From the NCBI GenBank assembly GCA_963733295.1, contig CAVTCS010000003.1:704001-768000 (forward strand): a stretch of DNA of 64,000 bases. The letters run 5' to 3'. The translations under genes and the position numbers were made by a program. The DNA is from Vulcanimicrobiota bacterium. GTDB lineage: Bacteria; Vulcanimicrobiota; Vulcanimicrobiia; Vulcanimicrobiales; Vulcanimicrobiaceae. Below, piece by piece: positions 22,970 to 32,640 of this stretch. Under the pieces are notes generated by a model. It was given only the letters and a program-made list of their open reading frames with translations. It was not told where the DNA came from and ran no database searches. Numbering within the stretch: position 1 is the first letter of the stretch; each line of letters begins with the position of its first letter.

Positions 22970-23700
22970 GTTCGCCTCCGCGCTTCTTCGTCGACGGGGT
23001 TCATCGCGAAGGCGACCTCGTCGCGTTGCGGGGCGCAGACGCACGGAAGATCACCCTCGTCCTGCGCAAACGCACCGGTGAAGCGATTGAAGTCTGCGAT
23101 TCGGCCGGAAGTTCGTTTGGCGCCATCCTGGAGATCGACGGCCGTAAGGTAGCGGCGCGTCTCGGGCCGGGCGCGGCCCGCCCGCGCGTCGCGCTCGAGA
23201 TCGTGCTCGCGCAGGCTTTGCCCAAAGGGCAGAAGATGGACTTCGTCGTCGAAAAGGCGACGGAGCTCGGTGTGCGGCGCATCATACCGCTACGGACGGA
23301 GCGCACACTCGGCACCGCCGACCGATTCGGAAAAGTCGAGCGCTGGAGGCGTTTGGCGCGCACCGCCGCGGCGCAATGCGGCCGTCCCGATGTGCCCCTC
23401 GTCGACGACATCACCGGCTGGGCCGAACTCGAAGGGGAGGTTCGAGCGGTCGCGCTCGCCCTTATTCCATGGGAATTGGCCGAACCGGTCCCGCTCCGCG
23501 ACGCGCTGCCTGGGATGCTGGCCGGCGTTGACAACGTGCTCGTTGCGATCGGACCGGAGGGCGGGTTCGCGCACGACGAGATCGAGCGAGGGCGCGCTTG
23601 GGGCGCCCGCACCGTATCTCTCGGCAAGCGAATCTTGCGCACCGAGACGGCGGGACTCGTCGCATGTAGCGCCATTCTCTATGCGGCGGGCGAGCTCTAA
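22966..23700 (+). CDS. rsmE: 16S rRNA m3U1498 methyltransferase
   Basis: KATELGV, IGPEGGF, LGKRILRTETAG; start uncertain (CTG overlapping dnaJ stop). Confidence 0.9.
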   Translation: MSSPPRFFVDGVHREGDLVALRGADARKITLVLRKRTGEAIEVCDSAGSSFGAILEIDGRKVAARLGPGAARPRVALEIVLAQALPKGQKMDFVVEKATELGVRRIIPLRTERTLGTADRFGKVERWRRLARTAAAQCGRPDVPLVDDITGWAELEGEVRAVALALIPWELAEPVPLRDALPGMLAGVDNVLVAIGPEGGFAHDEIERGRAWGARTVSLGKRILRTETAGLVACSAILYAAGEL

Positions 23701-23768
23701 ACGGGGTCCGCGAGATGAGGCCGCCCGACGCGCGCCGTATAAGAGAAGGTTATGGCCACGAGGTCGGC

Positions 23769-24517
23769 TTGAAGTTCTCGATCGTCATTCCGACGTACAA
23801 CGAAGCGGGCGGAATCGAGCGTCTGATTCAGACGCTCGACGATGTCTTTCGCGCGAATTCGCTTGACGGCGAGATCATCGTCGTCGACGACAACTCGCCC
23901 GACGGCACCGGCAGCGATCGTCGAAGGCTTGGCGGCGCGCTATCCCGTGCGCTGCTTGCACCGTCCCGGCAAGATGGGACTCTCGAGCGGCGTGATCGAC
24001 GGCTGGAAGTTCGCGCGGCCGGACTCAGAGGCGCTCGGCGCGATGGACGCCGACTTCAGCCACGATCCGAGAATCTTCCCGCCGATGGTCCGCGCGCTCG
24101 AATCGGGCGAGTACGGACTAGCCATCGGCAGCCGTTACGTTAAGGGCGGCGGCATCCGTAACTGGCCGTTGCGCCGCAAGATCACTTCGCGCGTTGCGAT
24201 CGCGCTAGCGAAGCCGCTGACCCCGGTGCAGGACATCACGAGCGGCTATTTGCTCGTTAAGCGCGACGCGCTCGAAGGCGTCGAACTGGATCCGATCGGT
24301 TTCAAGATCGGTCTCGAAGTGATCGCGAAGGCGCACTACGGGCGAGGCGATCGAGGTGCCGTACGTCTTTACGGATCGCGTTGCGGGCACGTCGAAGCTC
24401 AATCAGAGCGAGATCCTCAACTACTTGCGACAGTTGCGCCGCATCTATGCCTCGAAACTCTTATGGCAGAAGAGTCCGAAGCCGCCGCGGCGTGACCCGA
24501 GCGGGAAAATCGCCTGA
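23769..24517 (+). CDS. Polyprenol monophosphomannose synthase-like GT2 (two apparent frameshifts)
   Basis: IPTYNE, VVDDNSPDGT, MDADFSHDP, GSRY; frame changes near 23913 and 24345. Confidence 0.85.
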
Positions 24518-25406
24518 TGCCGATGCCCGATTGGCTGCGCATCCGGCGCGAAGACCGAGCTGGCCTCGGGCGACGAAACGCTGTGGGACAAGTGTCCCTC
24601 CTGCGGTGACGATGCTCTACCGCAAGGACCTCGAAGCGAACCTTTGGGTCTGCACGCGCTGCGGCCATCACTTTCGGATGCACGCCTACGATCGTATCAA
24701 CATGCTCGTCGACGGCGACTTCGTCGAAATCGGCGGCGAGATTCTTCCCGGCGATCCGCTGGGCTGGGTCGATAAGCGCCCGTATCCGCAGAAGCTCGAG
24801 ACGCGATCGCGAGAAATCGAATCTCAGCGAAGCCGTCGTAACGGGCTTTGGAACGATCGGTGGTTTCCCGATCGCGCTCGGCGTGATGGACTTCAACTTC
24901 CGCGGCGGAACGATGGGCACGGTCGTCGGCGAGCGCATCGCGCACTTGTTCGAAGAAGCGCGGCGCCGGCATTTGCCGGTGATCGTTTTTACCGCCAGCG
25001 GCGGGGCGCGCATGGAAGAAGGCATGCTCGCGCTTGATGCAGATGGCGAAGACGACGCATAGCCGTCGATCGTTTCATGCAAGACGGAAACCTCCTACGT
25101 CTCCGTTTTGACCGATCCGACGACCGGCGGCGTATCGGCGTCGTTCGCCTTTCAGGCCGACATCATCGATCGCCGAAGCGCGCGCGGCGATCGGTTTCGC
25201 CGGCCGCCGCGTGATCGAGCAGACGATCCGCCAGAAGCTGCCGGAGAATTTTCAGACGGCCGAATTCTTGCTCGAGAAAGGCCACGTCGACATGGTCGTG
25301 GCGCGACCGGCGATCTCGCGAGACGCTGATCCGCATGCTCGACTACGCCGTCGATCGTAAGCGCATTGCGCCGGCACTGAAAGCCGTTCCGGAGTTCGCA
25401 CTCTGA
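24517..25406 (+). CDS. accD: Acetyl-CoA carboxylase carboxyltransferase beta (multiple apparent frameshifts)
   Basis: LWDKCPSC...VCTRCGHH zinc finger, [35 protein letters not shown] across frames. Confidence 0.88.
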
Positions 25407-25428
25407 GGCGGGGGCCGGTGATGCCGCG

Positions 25429-26408
25429 ATGAATCTGATCGTCGAGCGCGAGAAGAGCATCCAAGCTCTCGAAGACCGCATCGCCGCGCTGCGCGCCCGC
25501 GACGCCGACCGGTACGAGCGAAGCAAGTCGCGGCTGCTCGAAAGCAAGTATGCCGAGCTCAGAGCAAGATCTGTTCGGCCATCTAACGCCTTGGGAGCGC
25601 GTCAATATGGCGCGCCATCCGAAGCGGCCGATCGCGAGCGACTACATCGCGCGCTCGATCAGTTCGACGAATTGCACGGCGACCGCCACTTCCGCGACGA
25701 TCCGGCGCTAGTCGGCGGGTTCGCGAAGATTCGCGGCCGCCGCGTGATGGTGCTCGCCCAACAGAAGGGCCGCGACACCAAGGAAAACATCCGGCGTAAC
25801 TTCGGAATCGTTTCGCCCGGAGGGTTACCGTAAGGCGAAGCGCCTGATGGAGCTCGCGACGCGTTTCGAGCTGCCCATCGTGACGCTGGTCGATACGTAA
25901 GGTGCCGATCCGGGCATCGGCTCGGAAGAGCGGGCACAGGCCGAAGCCATCGCGGCCTGTCTGACGACCCTCTCGCGGGCGCGCGTCCCGATCGTCGCCA
26001 CGATCATCGGCGAGGGCGGAAGCGGCGGTGCCTTGGCTCTGGCGCTCGCCGATCGCGTCATCATGCCGAGCATGCCATCTACTCCGTCGCTTCTCCCGAA
26101 GGTTGCGCGGCGATTCTCTGGCGCGACGCGAGCCGCGCCGAAGAAGCTGCGGCACGCCTGCGTCTTGACCAGCGACGATCTGCTTGGGTTTCGGGATCGT
26201 CGACGAAATCGTGCCCGAACCGCTTGGAGGCGCGCAGCGCGAGCCGGAAGCCTTCGTCGCCAAAGTCGTCGATGCGATCGAAGCGGCGTTACGACGTCTC
26301 GAGAACGTGCCGCCCGATACGCTGCGGGAGCGTCGCTATGAAAAGTACCGGCGCATCGGTGCTTGGGAAAACGACGCGCGCAGCAACGTCGCCGTGGTCG
26401 TGCCGTGA
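25429..26408 (+). CDS. accA: Acetyl-CoA carboxylase carboxyltransferase alpha (frameshifts and one in-frame TAA)
   Basis: [51 protein letters not shown]. Confidence 0.88.
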
Positions 26409-26722
26409 ACCGCATTCGCGCTGCGGGTCGGCTGACGTTAGCGGCGGTCGGGCTGGCCTTCGTCGCCCTCATCGGTTTGCAGTTTGCCAACATCATCGCG
26501 CGCAACGTCGCGGTGGCGCGCGAGGTTTCCGCCTCGCGCGCGGAGCTGACGGCGCTTCGCGCCAAGGAGCGCCGGCAACTGCGCACGATAGCGCGGCTCA
26601 GCAACCCGCGCGGTGCGATTCCCGAGATTCACGATAAGTTGCGGCTCGTCGGGCCTCACGAAGAGCTGATCTTCATCGAAGGCTTGCCCAGCCCGACGCC
26701 GGAACCGGAGAGCGGTCTCTGA
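26405..26722 (+). CDS. Septum formation initiator FtsB/DivIC family
   Basis: Single TM, coiled coil, 'KLRLVGPHEELI'; GTGA overlap. Confidence 0.7.
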   Translation: MNRIRAAGRLTLAAVGLAFVALIGLQFANIIARNVAVAREVSASRAELTALRAKERRQLRTIARLSNPRGAIPEIHDKLRLVGPHEELIFIEGLPSPTPEPESGL

Positions 26723-27087
26723 GCGTCGTCCGCGGCGTCGTGATCAACGTGCATCATCACGGTGCGACCGTGCGCCTCGAGGACGGCTCGATTGCAGCGG
26801 TCCCCGCCGCCGAAGCCTCGGCGCACGCGGACGCGCTCACGCGCAGTTTGCAGCGGCGCGAAGCGATTTGTTTTGCGCTCGAGATGACGGGACGGCACGC
26901 CGTCGCGCGCGTCTCCCTCGACGCGTTGCCGCTGGTACCGGATCCGCACTTCGAAGAGAGGCTCAACGCCTACCTGAAATCGACCGAAGAATGGGCGCCC
27001 CCGGACCGCCCTGAACCCGCCGAGCGGCACTTCATTCGCAAGAAGCGGCGGGCGGCACACTTCGAGGCGCGCGCCAAGCCCACGTAG
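26719..27087 (+). CDS. Degenerate S1-domain protein (YabR-like)
   Basis: VVRGVVINVHHHGATVRLEDG S1-like start; FEERLNAYLKSTEE tail; follows ftsB/divIC. Confidence 0.55.
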   Translation: MSVVRGVVINVHHHGATVRLEDGSIAAVPAAEASAHADALTRSLQRREAICFALEMTGRHAVARVSLDALPLVPDPHFEERLNAYLKSTEEWAPPDRPEPAERHFIRKKRRAAHFEARAKPT

Positions 27088-27100
27088 AACGCCAGAGGGC

Positions 27101-27973
27101 GTGAAAAGCGATCCCATCTCGCCGGTCAGCGTCCCAGGCTGCTTCGTGCGCATTCAGGGAACGTATGCGTCACTGAGGACCGCTGAGCAGCGGGTAGCCG
27201 ATTTTATCCTTAAGAACGCCGAAGACCTCATCTATCTGACGGTGACGGAATTGGCGGAACGCACCCAGACGAGCGAATCGACGGTCGTCCGGTTGTGCCA
27301 AAAGATCGGGTACAAAGGTTACCAGGAATTCAAAATCATGCTGGCTCGCGATCTCGTCGGGCCGACCGAGACCGTTTACGAACAGATCGACGCGAGCGAC
27401 AACCTCACGGCGCTCAAGGCGAAGGTCTTCCAAGCCAACGCTCAGGCGCTCAAAGACACGATGGAAGTGCTCTCGGACGACGAGCTGGAGCGGGCGGTCG
27501 GGGCTCTGGCGGTAGCGCGCCGGGTCGAGATCTACGGCATCGGCGGCAGCGCGCCCCTCGCGCTCGATGCCTATCACAAGTTCATGAAACTCGGCATCGC
27601 CGCAGTCTGGTTGAACGACAGCGATCTGATGGCGATGTCGTCGGCGCTGCTCGGTACCGGCGACGTCGCGCTCGGGATCAGTCACACCGGCGCTTCGCGC
27701 GACGTCTGCGACGCGATGGAAAACGCGCAGCGGGCGGGCGCCACGACCATCTGCATCACACACCGCGCGACTTCGCCGATCACGAAGGTCGCGCACATCA
27801 AACTGTTTACGGCCGCCAAAGAGACGGCTTTCGGTTCCGACGCGATGTCGAGCCGGATCGCCCAACTGTCGATCATCGACGTGCTCTACGCCGGGATCGC
27901 GAACAAGGATTACGACAAGTCTCTCGCGCGCATTCAAAAGACGCGCGAAGCATCTGCCGGGAAGCGGTATTAA
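27101..27973 (+). CDS. RpiR/MurR family regulator
   Basis: SESTVVRLCQKIGYKGYQEFK HTH plus SIS domain (GIGGS, ISHTG). Confidence 0.92.
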   Translation: MKSDPISPVSVPGCFVRIQGTYASLRTAEQRVADFILKNAEDLIYLTVTELAERTQTSESTVVRLCQKIGYKGYQEFKIMLARDLVGPTETVYEQIDASDNLTALKAKVFQANAQALKDTMEVLSDDELERAVGALAVARRVEIYGIGGSAPLALDAYHKFMKLGIAAVWLNDSDLMAMSSALLGTGDVALGISHTGASRDVCDAMENAQRAGATTICITHRATSPITKVAHIKLFTAAKETAFGSDAMSSRIAQLSIIDVLYAGIANKDYDKSLARIQKTREASAGKRY

Positions 27974-28880
27974 CCGCGCAATAATCTCAATCGGGACGAA
28001 CACGACGCGGCTGCTCGTCGTACGCGATGCGGATGGCGGCGCGCTGGAACAACTCGAAGAAGGAGCGATCGGCACGCGCCTGGGCGAGGGCTTGAGCGAG
28101 AGCGGAAAGCTGAACGCCCGCGCGATGGAGCGCACGTTGCGCGCGGTCGCCGAGTTCGTGGCGCGCTCCAAGGCGCACCAGGCCCAGCTCTCCTCGATCG
28201 CCACCAGCGCAGTGCGTCGCGCCGACAACGCCGCGGAGTTCGGCGAACGCATGCGCGCCCTGACGAGCGTCGAGCTGCGCGTGCTGGAGGGCGAGCACGA
28301 AGCTGCCGCCAGCTTCCGCGGGGCGATGTACGGAGCGCCGCACGACGGCGCGGTGCGCGCGGTGCTCGACATCGGCGGCGGCAGCACCGAGTTTGCGACC
28401 GGCAGGGATGCGCGGCTCGAGCGCGCGGGCTCGGTCGAGATCGGTTCGGTGCGTATCACCGAACGGTTTCCGGACCTCGCCGGCAACGTGCCGGGAACAC
28501 GCGCACGCGCCGCCGCGGCCCAAGCGCGCCGCGCGATCGCGCACGAATTGGAATTCCTCAAAACTTTCGAGCCGGTCATTGAGGTCCGTGCGGTCGCCGG
28601 TACCCCGCTCACATTGGGCGCGATTGCCTTTGCTTCGAGCGTCGATAAGGTTTCGGGACGCGCTCTTTCTCGCGCGAATCTCGATGCCCTGATCGAGCGA
28701 TTGCTCGACCTCCCGCTGGCCGAGCGACGCGTCGTGCCGGGGATGCTGGCCCAACGCGCCGACATCTTGCCCGGCGGCGGACTGATTCTGTCGGAGGCGC
28801 TGCGTCTGCTCGGCATCGCCGAAGCGCGACTCGAATCGAACGATCTTTTGCTGGGCTACCTTCTGGAAGCGACGCAATAG
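27969..28880 (+). CDS. Ppx/GppA family phosphatase
   Basis: SIGTNTTRLL, RLGEG, ATSAVR, DIGGGSTE, RADIL; start uncertain. Confidence 0.88.
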   Translation: MNRAIISIGTNTTRLLVVRDADGGALEQLEEGAIGTRLGEGLSESGKLNARAMERTLRAVAEFVARSKAHQAQLSSIATSAVRRADNAAEFGERMRALTSVELRVLEGEHEAAASFRGAMYGAPHDGAVRAVLDIGGGSTEFATGRDARLERAGSVEIGSVRITERFPDLAGNVPGTRARAAAAQARRAIAHELEFLKTFEPVIEVRAVAGTPLTLGAIAFASSVDKVSGRALSRANLDALIERLLDLPLAERRVVPGMLAQRADILPGGGLILSEALRLLGIAEARLESNDLLLGYLLEATQ

Positions 28881-28990
28881 TGCTGTCGCCGCACATTTTT
28901 GCGGAGTGGCGGCGACAAGCATGGAAATGACTGCTCCCGTCGCGAACCCTCGCGACAAAGCAGCCCAGCCTCAACAGAAGGCCGGTTCGA

Positions 28991-31900
28991 ATGCGTCAGC
29001 CCCTGGTTTCGTTCGCGTCAATCGCGCTTGCTTTGATGCTCGCGCTCTCGAGTTCTTCGCTTCCCGCGCGCGCCGCGAGCGGCGGCATCGTCTACGATTT
29101 GCCGGACATCGGACCCGGCAGCGGCGCGGGGATCGTGTTCGTGGATGCCCTACAGCAAGCGTCCGGTTGGCATAGCGCGACACCCGGCACGCTGCACCTC
29201 GATGCGAGCGGCAACGTTCGCTCGCTTCTTCCGGGGCAAGCGGCCGAACGCACCGTCTATACGAACGAAACCTATCCGGCCGGCGACTACACGTTGCTCT
29301 ACGACGGCGCCGGACGCTTCGACGTCGACGGCGGTTCGATCGTCGCGATGTCGCCTGGCCGTGCGACCATTCGGGTCGGCGCGAACGCGGGTACGGGCCT
29401 TACCTTACGACTGACAGGCACCGATTCGTCGAATCCCGTGCGGAACGTACGCCTCATTCTGCCGGGGTACGAGGCGACGTATGCCGCGCAGCCGTTCGCT
29501 CCGAGTTTCGTGCGCGCGCTCCTCGGGCGTAACGTGTTGCGTTTCGCGCAGTGGATGCACGCCGACACGTTCGTCGCTTCGAATTTTTGGACGCAGCGCC
29601 CACGCGTCGGGCGAGTGACCCAAGTGACGCCGAGCGGCGTGGCGCCCGAATACATGATACTGCTCGCGAACCTGACCGGCGCTTCCCCGTGGTTCACGTT
29701 GCCCGTCGGCGCGACCGACGGGTACGTCGCAAATTTCGCCGCGCTCGTGCACAGCACGCTCGACCCGCGTCTTAGTCCGGTTTTCCAGTACGGGAACGAG
29801 GTTTGGAATCCGGCCGCGCCGGCCAACGGCTACGCTCGCATGGCTGCGCGGAACGTCGGGATACCGGGCGACCCGGCCTCGGCGGCACTCGGATGGTACA
29901 CGCGCCGCTCGGCTCGCGTGCTCTCGCTGGTGCGCCTCGCTTTCGGTTCGAACGCGTCGCGCGTCGTACGCGCGATCTCGGGCCCATTGCCCGCAACGCG
30001 CGACGCAGGCGCACTCGATGCGTTTTTGATCCGTTCGACGAGCGGCGCAATCGACGCCTTTGCGGTTCCCGTGACAAGCCCGGCGGATCTCGCAAGTACG
30101 GCCCGGCTGGCGCTTCTCGCGCATCTCCAGACATACGGCTACGCTGGGCCATCCGCAAGCGTCGCAGCGCCGCAGCCGGCGACTCAGCGGCCGCTGGGGA
30201 ACGCGCGTCTCGTGCTAGGTAGCGATTTGCCGGCGAACGACGAGCGTCAAGCGCGTCCGAAACAGGTGGCCGGCTTCAGCAACGTCCCCCCACTGCACGC
30301 GAAGGACGCGCTTGATCTCGGCGGCAAGCCCGGTCTTAAGGGCGCGCTCGGAGTTCCGCTGCCCCAGGTCGACTTTGCCGGCGAAGGAACGCTCGATTGG
30401 ATCGAGCTCCGCGGCGCTGCAGTCGCGGCTCGCAAAACGTCCGTGCCTCCGCAGCTGAACTCCGTGAGTCTCTCCGGCGGGTCGTTCGGTTTGAGCGTTC
30501 CGGCGGACGTTCGCGAACGGGTCCTTCGCGTCTACGTCTCGGTGGATCGCGCGCAGGGCACGTTGAGCGCAACGCTGGGCAACTCGACGTTCACCGATTC
30601 CTCGCTGAGCTTCCGGACCGGTACGCGAACGGGCGTCTACACGCTGGTTTATCGAGCCGCGACTCCCGGTCAACAGCTGACGGTCCGCTACGCGACGCAA
30701 GCGACGTTCGGGGGAAACGTGTCGGTGCAAGGCGCGACGTTGAACGCAATGCCGTTGGTGGCCAAGACCGTCCCGCCCCGTGACCAAGCGCTCTATCACA
30801 ACGATCTCGTGCGCACCGGGTGGAACCCGAGCGAGTTCACGTTGACCACGACCAACGTCGCATCAGCCAGTTTTAAACTGCAGCAAACGATACCGGTCGA
30901 CGGCGAAGTCTTGGCACAGCCCTTGTATCTCGGCCAGTATTCGATTGCCGGAGGTTTGCACAACGTGCTGCTCGTCGTGACCGAGAACGACAGCGTGTAC
31001 GAATTCGATGCCGATAGCGGAACCGTACTCAACCACGTCAGCCTGGGGACACCGCAAGGTTCCGATTGCAGCGACGTCCAGCCGACCTACGGAATCACCG
31101 CGACGCCGGTCATCAATCGCGCGACCGGCACGATTTACGTCGTCGCGGCGACGGAACCGACCAGCGGCAACCCTGTGATGACCGTCCACGCCCTCGACAT
31201 TGGGACGCTGAGCGACAAGGTCACGCCGGTCGCCATCTCCGCTTCGGTGCTGCTGAACAACGGCAGCACGTTCAGCTTCAATCCGGTATATCAATACAAT
31301 CGGCCGGGTTTGGTCTGGGCAAATAACTCGCTCTACATCTCGATCGGCTCGCACTGCGACTACGATGCCACCCAGATCGCGGGCTGGGTCCTGCGTTACA
31401 ACTCCAGTCTCAGCCAGACAGGCGTGTTCTCTACGATCGGAGACCCACCGGGAACGCAATGCGCCGGTTACGCCCTCTCGAGCGTCTGGATGTCGGGTTT
31501 CGCGCCCGCGGTAGATGCCGCCGGATATCTCTATCTCGTGACCGGAAACGGCGCATTCGACGCCAACGCCGGCGGACACGACTACGGCGAGAGCGTCCTA
31601 AAGCTGAGGCCGGATCTCTCGCAAGTGGTCACCTACTTTACCCCCAGCAACTACAACTCTCTCAACTGCGGTGACGTCGACTTTGGTTCGGGCGGCGTGA
31701 TGCTATTGCCGCGTGGCTCGGTGCCTGCACCGCAGGCCGCCGTCGCCATGGGCAAGGCGTCCCTGCTCTACGTTCTCAACACGCTCAATCTCGGCGGCGA
31801 AAAAGCGAACGATGCCGGAGCGGTCCAGGCGATCCAGCTTCCAGGCGGCGGCCTGTGGGGTGGCCCGGCATTCTATAGCGGACCGACCGGGCAACTCGTC

Positions 31901-32290
31901 TACTACCAAGACGACAGCGACGTGTTACAGGCATACCAAGTCTCCTATACCTCCGGCCCCGCGCAACCGCAGCCGGGCTCGAGCCCCGCGCCCTTCGCGC
32001 AACTCACCCTGTCCTCGACCGGAACGTCGAACGCAGGCTACGGCGGTTCGACACCGGTCGTTTCCTCGAACGGTCAGATGCCGGGGACCGGGATCGTCTG
32101 GCTGGTGAAACGCGGGTCGGGCTCGCTGTCGTTAGAAGCGTACGATGCGAGCGACGTCAGTAACTTGCTCTTCCACGCCAACGCGGGCACGTGGTCAAAT
32201 TCGGAGAATAACGGTTTCGTGACGCCGCTCGTCGCCAACGGCAAAGTCTACGTCCCGAGTTCAAACGCGATCACCGTGTTTGGGCTCTGA
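28991..32290 (+). CDS. Large secreted multidomain protein: glycoside-hydrolase-like N-terminus plus PQQ-type beta-propeller
   Basis: Signal peptide; PEYMILLAN..PWF..YGNEVWN; C-terminal DGEVLAQPLY, GITATPVI, DFGSGG, TPLVANGKVYV. Confidence 0.7.
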   Translation: MRQPLVSFASIALALMLALSSSSLPARAASGGIVYDLPDIGPGSGAGIVFVDALQQASGWHSATPGTLHLDASGNVRSLLPGQAAERTVYTNETYPAGDYTLLYDGAGRFDVDGGSIVAMSPGRATIRVGANAGTGLTLRLTGTDSSNPVRNVRLILPGYEATYAAQPFAPSFVRALLGRNVLRFAQWMHADTFVASNFWTQRPRVGRVTQVTPSGVAPEYMILLANLTGASPWFTLPVGATDGYVANFAALVHSTLDPRLSPVFQYGNEVWNPAAPANGYARMAARNVGIPGDPASAALGWYTRRSARVLSLVRLAFGSNASRVVRAISGPLPATRDAGALDAFLIRSTSGAIDAFAVPVTSPADLASTARLALLAHLQTYGYAGPSASVAAPQPATQRPLGNARLVLGSDLPANDERQARPKQVAGFSNVPPLHAKDALDLGGKPGLKGALGVPLPQVDFAGEGTLDWIELRGAAVAARKTSVPPQLNSVSLSGGSFGLSVPADVRERVLRVYVSVDRAQGTLSATLGNSTFTDSSLSFRTGTRTGVYTLVYRAATPGQQLTVRYATQATFGGNVSVQGATLNAMPLVAKTVPPRDQALYHNDLVRTGWNPSEFTLTTTNVASASFKLQQTIPVDGEVLAQPLYLGQYSIAGGLHNVLLVVTENDSVYEFDADSGTVLNHVSLGTPQGSDCSDVQPTYGITATPVINRATGTIYVVAATEPTSGNPVMTVHALDIGTLSDKVTPVAISASVLLNNGSTFSFNPVYQYNRPGLVWANNSLYISIGSHCDYDATQIAGWVLRYNSSLSQTGVFSTIGDPPGTQCAGYALSSVWMSGFAPAVDAAGYLYLVTGNGAFDANAGGHDYGESVLKLRPDLSQVVTYFTPSNYNSLNCGDVDFGSGGVMLLPRGSVPAPQAAVAMGKASLLYVLNTLNLGGEKANDAGAVQAIQLPGGGLWGGPAFYSGPTGQLVYYQDDSDVLQAYQVSYTSGPAQPQPGSSPAPFAQLTLSSTGTSNAGYGGSTPVVSSNGQMPGTGIVWLVKRGSGSLSLEAYDASDVSNLLFHANAGTWSNSENNGFVTPLVANGKVYVPSSNAITVFGL

Positions 32291-32302
32291 GGGGAGCGAA
32301 GA

Positions 32303-32638
32303 ATGCGAATTCCGCACATCGCGATCGCCTGTATGCTGGCTATCCTCGTACCCGTAGCCGCTCCGGCGGCCGCTAACGAGGCGCTAAACACCGCTACCAT
32401 GCAACAACTGCACGGCGTCGTCGTCGCCGTTTCGGGCGACGTGTTGACGCTGCGCTTGCGCAACGGGCAAAGCGAGAACGTCGACATTGGGCCGGCGAAA
32501 GCCGCCCACCGCATCGGCGTGCTACCGAAAGGGCACGCAGTCGTCGTGTACGGAAACCGCGACGCCTCCGGGACGTTCCACGTCGAAGCGGTCGGGCACG
32601 CCAGCGCGAGCGCGCAAAACTGGTCCCCCGACAGCTGA
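32303..32638 (+). CDS. Small secreted protein (possible OB fold)
   Basis: Signal peptide, SD GGGGAG. Confidence 0.65.
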   Translation: MRIPHIAIACMLAILVPVAAPAAANEALNTATMQQLHGVVVAVSGDVLTLRLRNGQSENVDIGPAKAAHRIGVLPKGHAVVVYGNRDASGTFHVEAVGHASASAQNWSPDS

Positions 32639-32640
32639 CG

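Noticed and set aside
27170..28958. Long antisense ORFs (also 18931-20196, 21719-23044, 33304-34698, 45913-47238)
   Set aside because: Shadow frames of well-supported genes in GC-rich DNA
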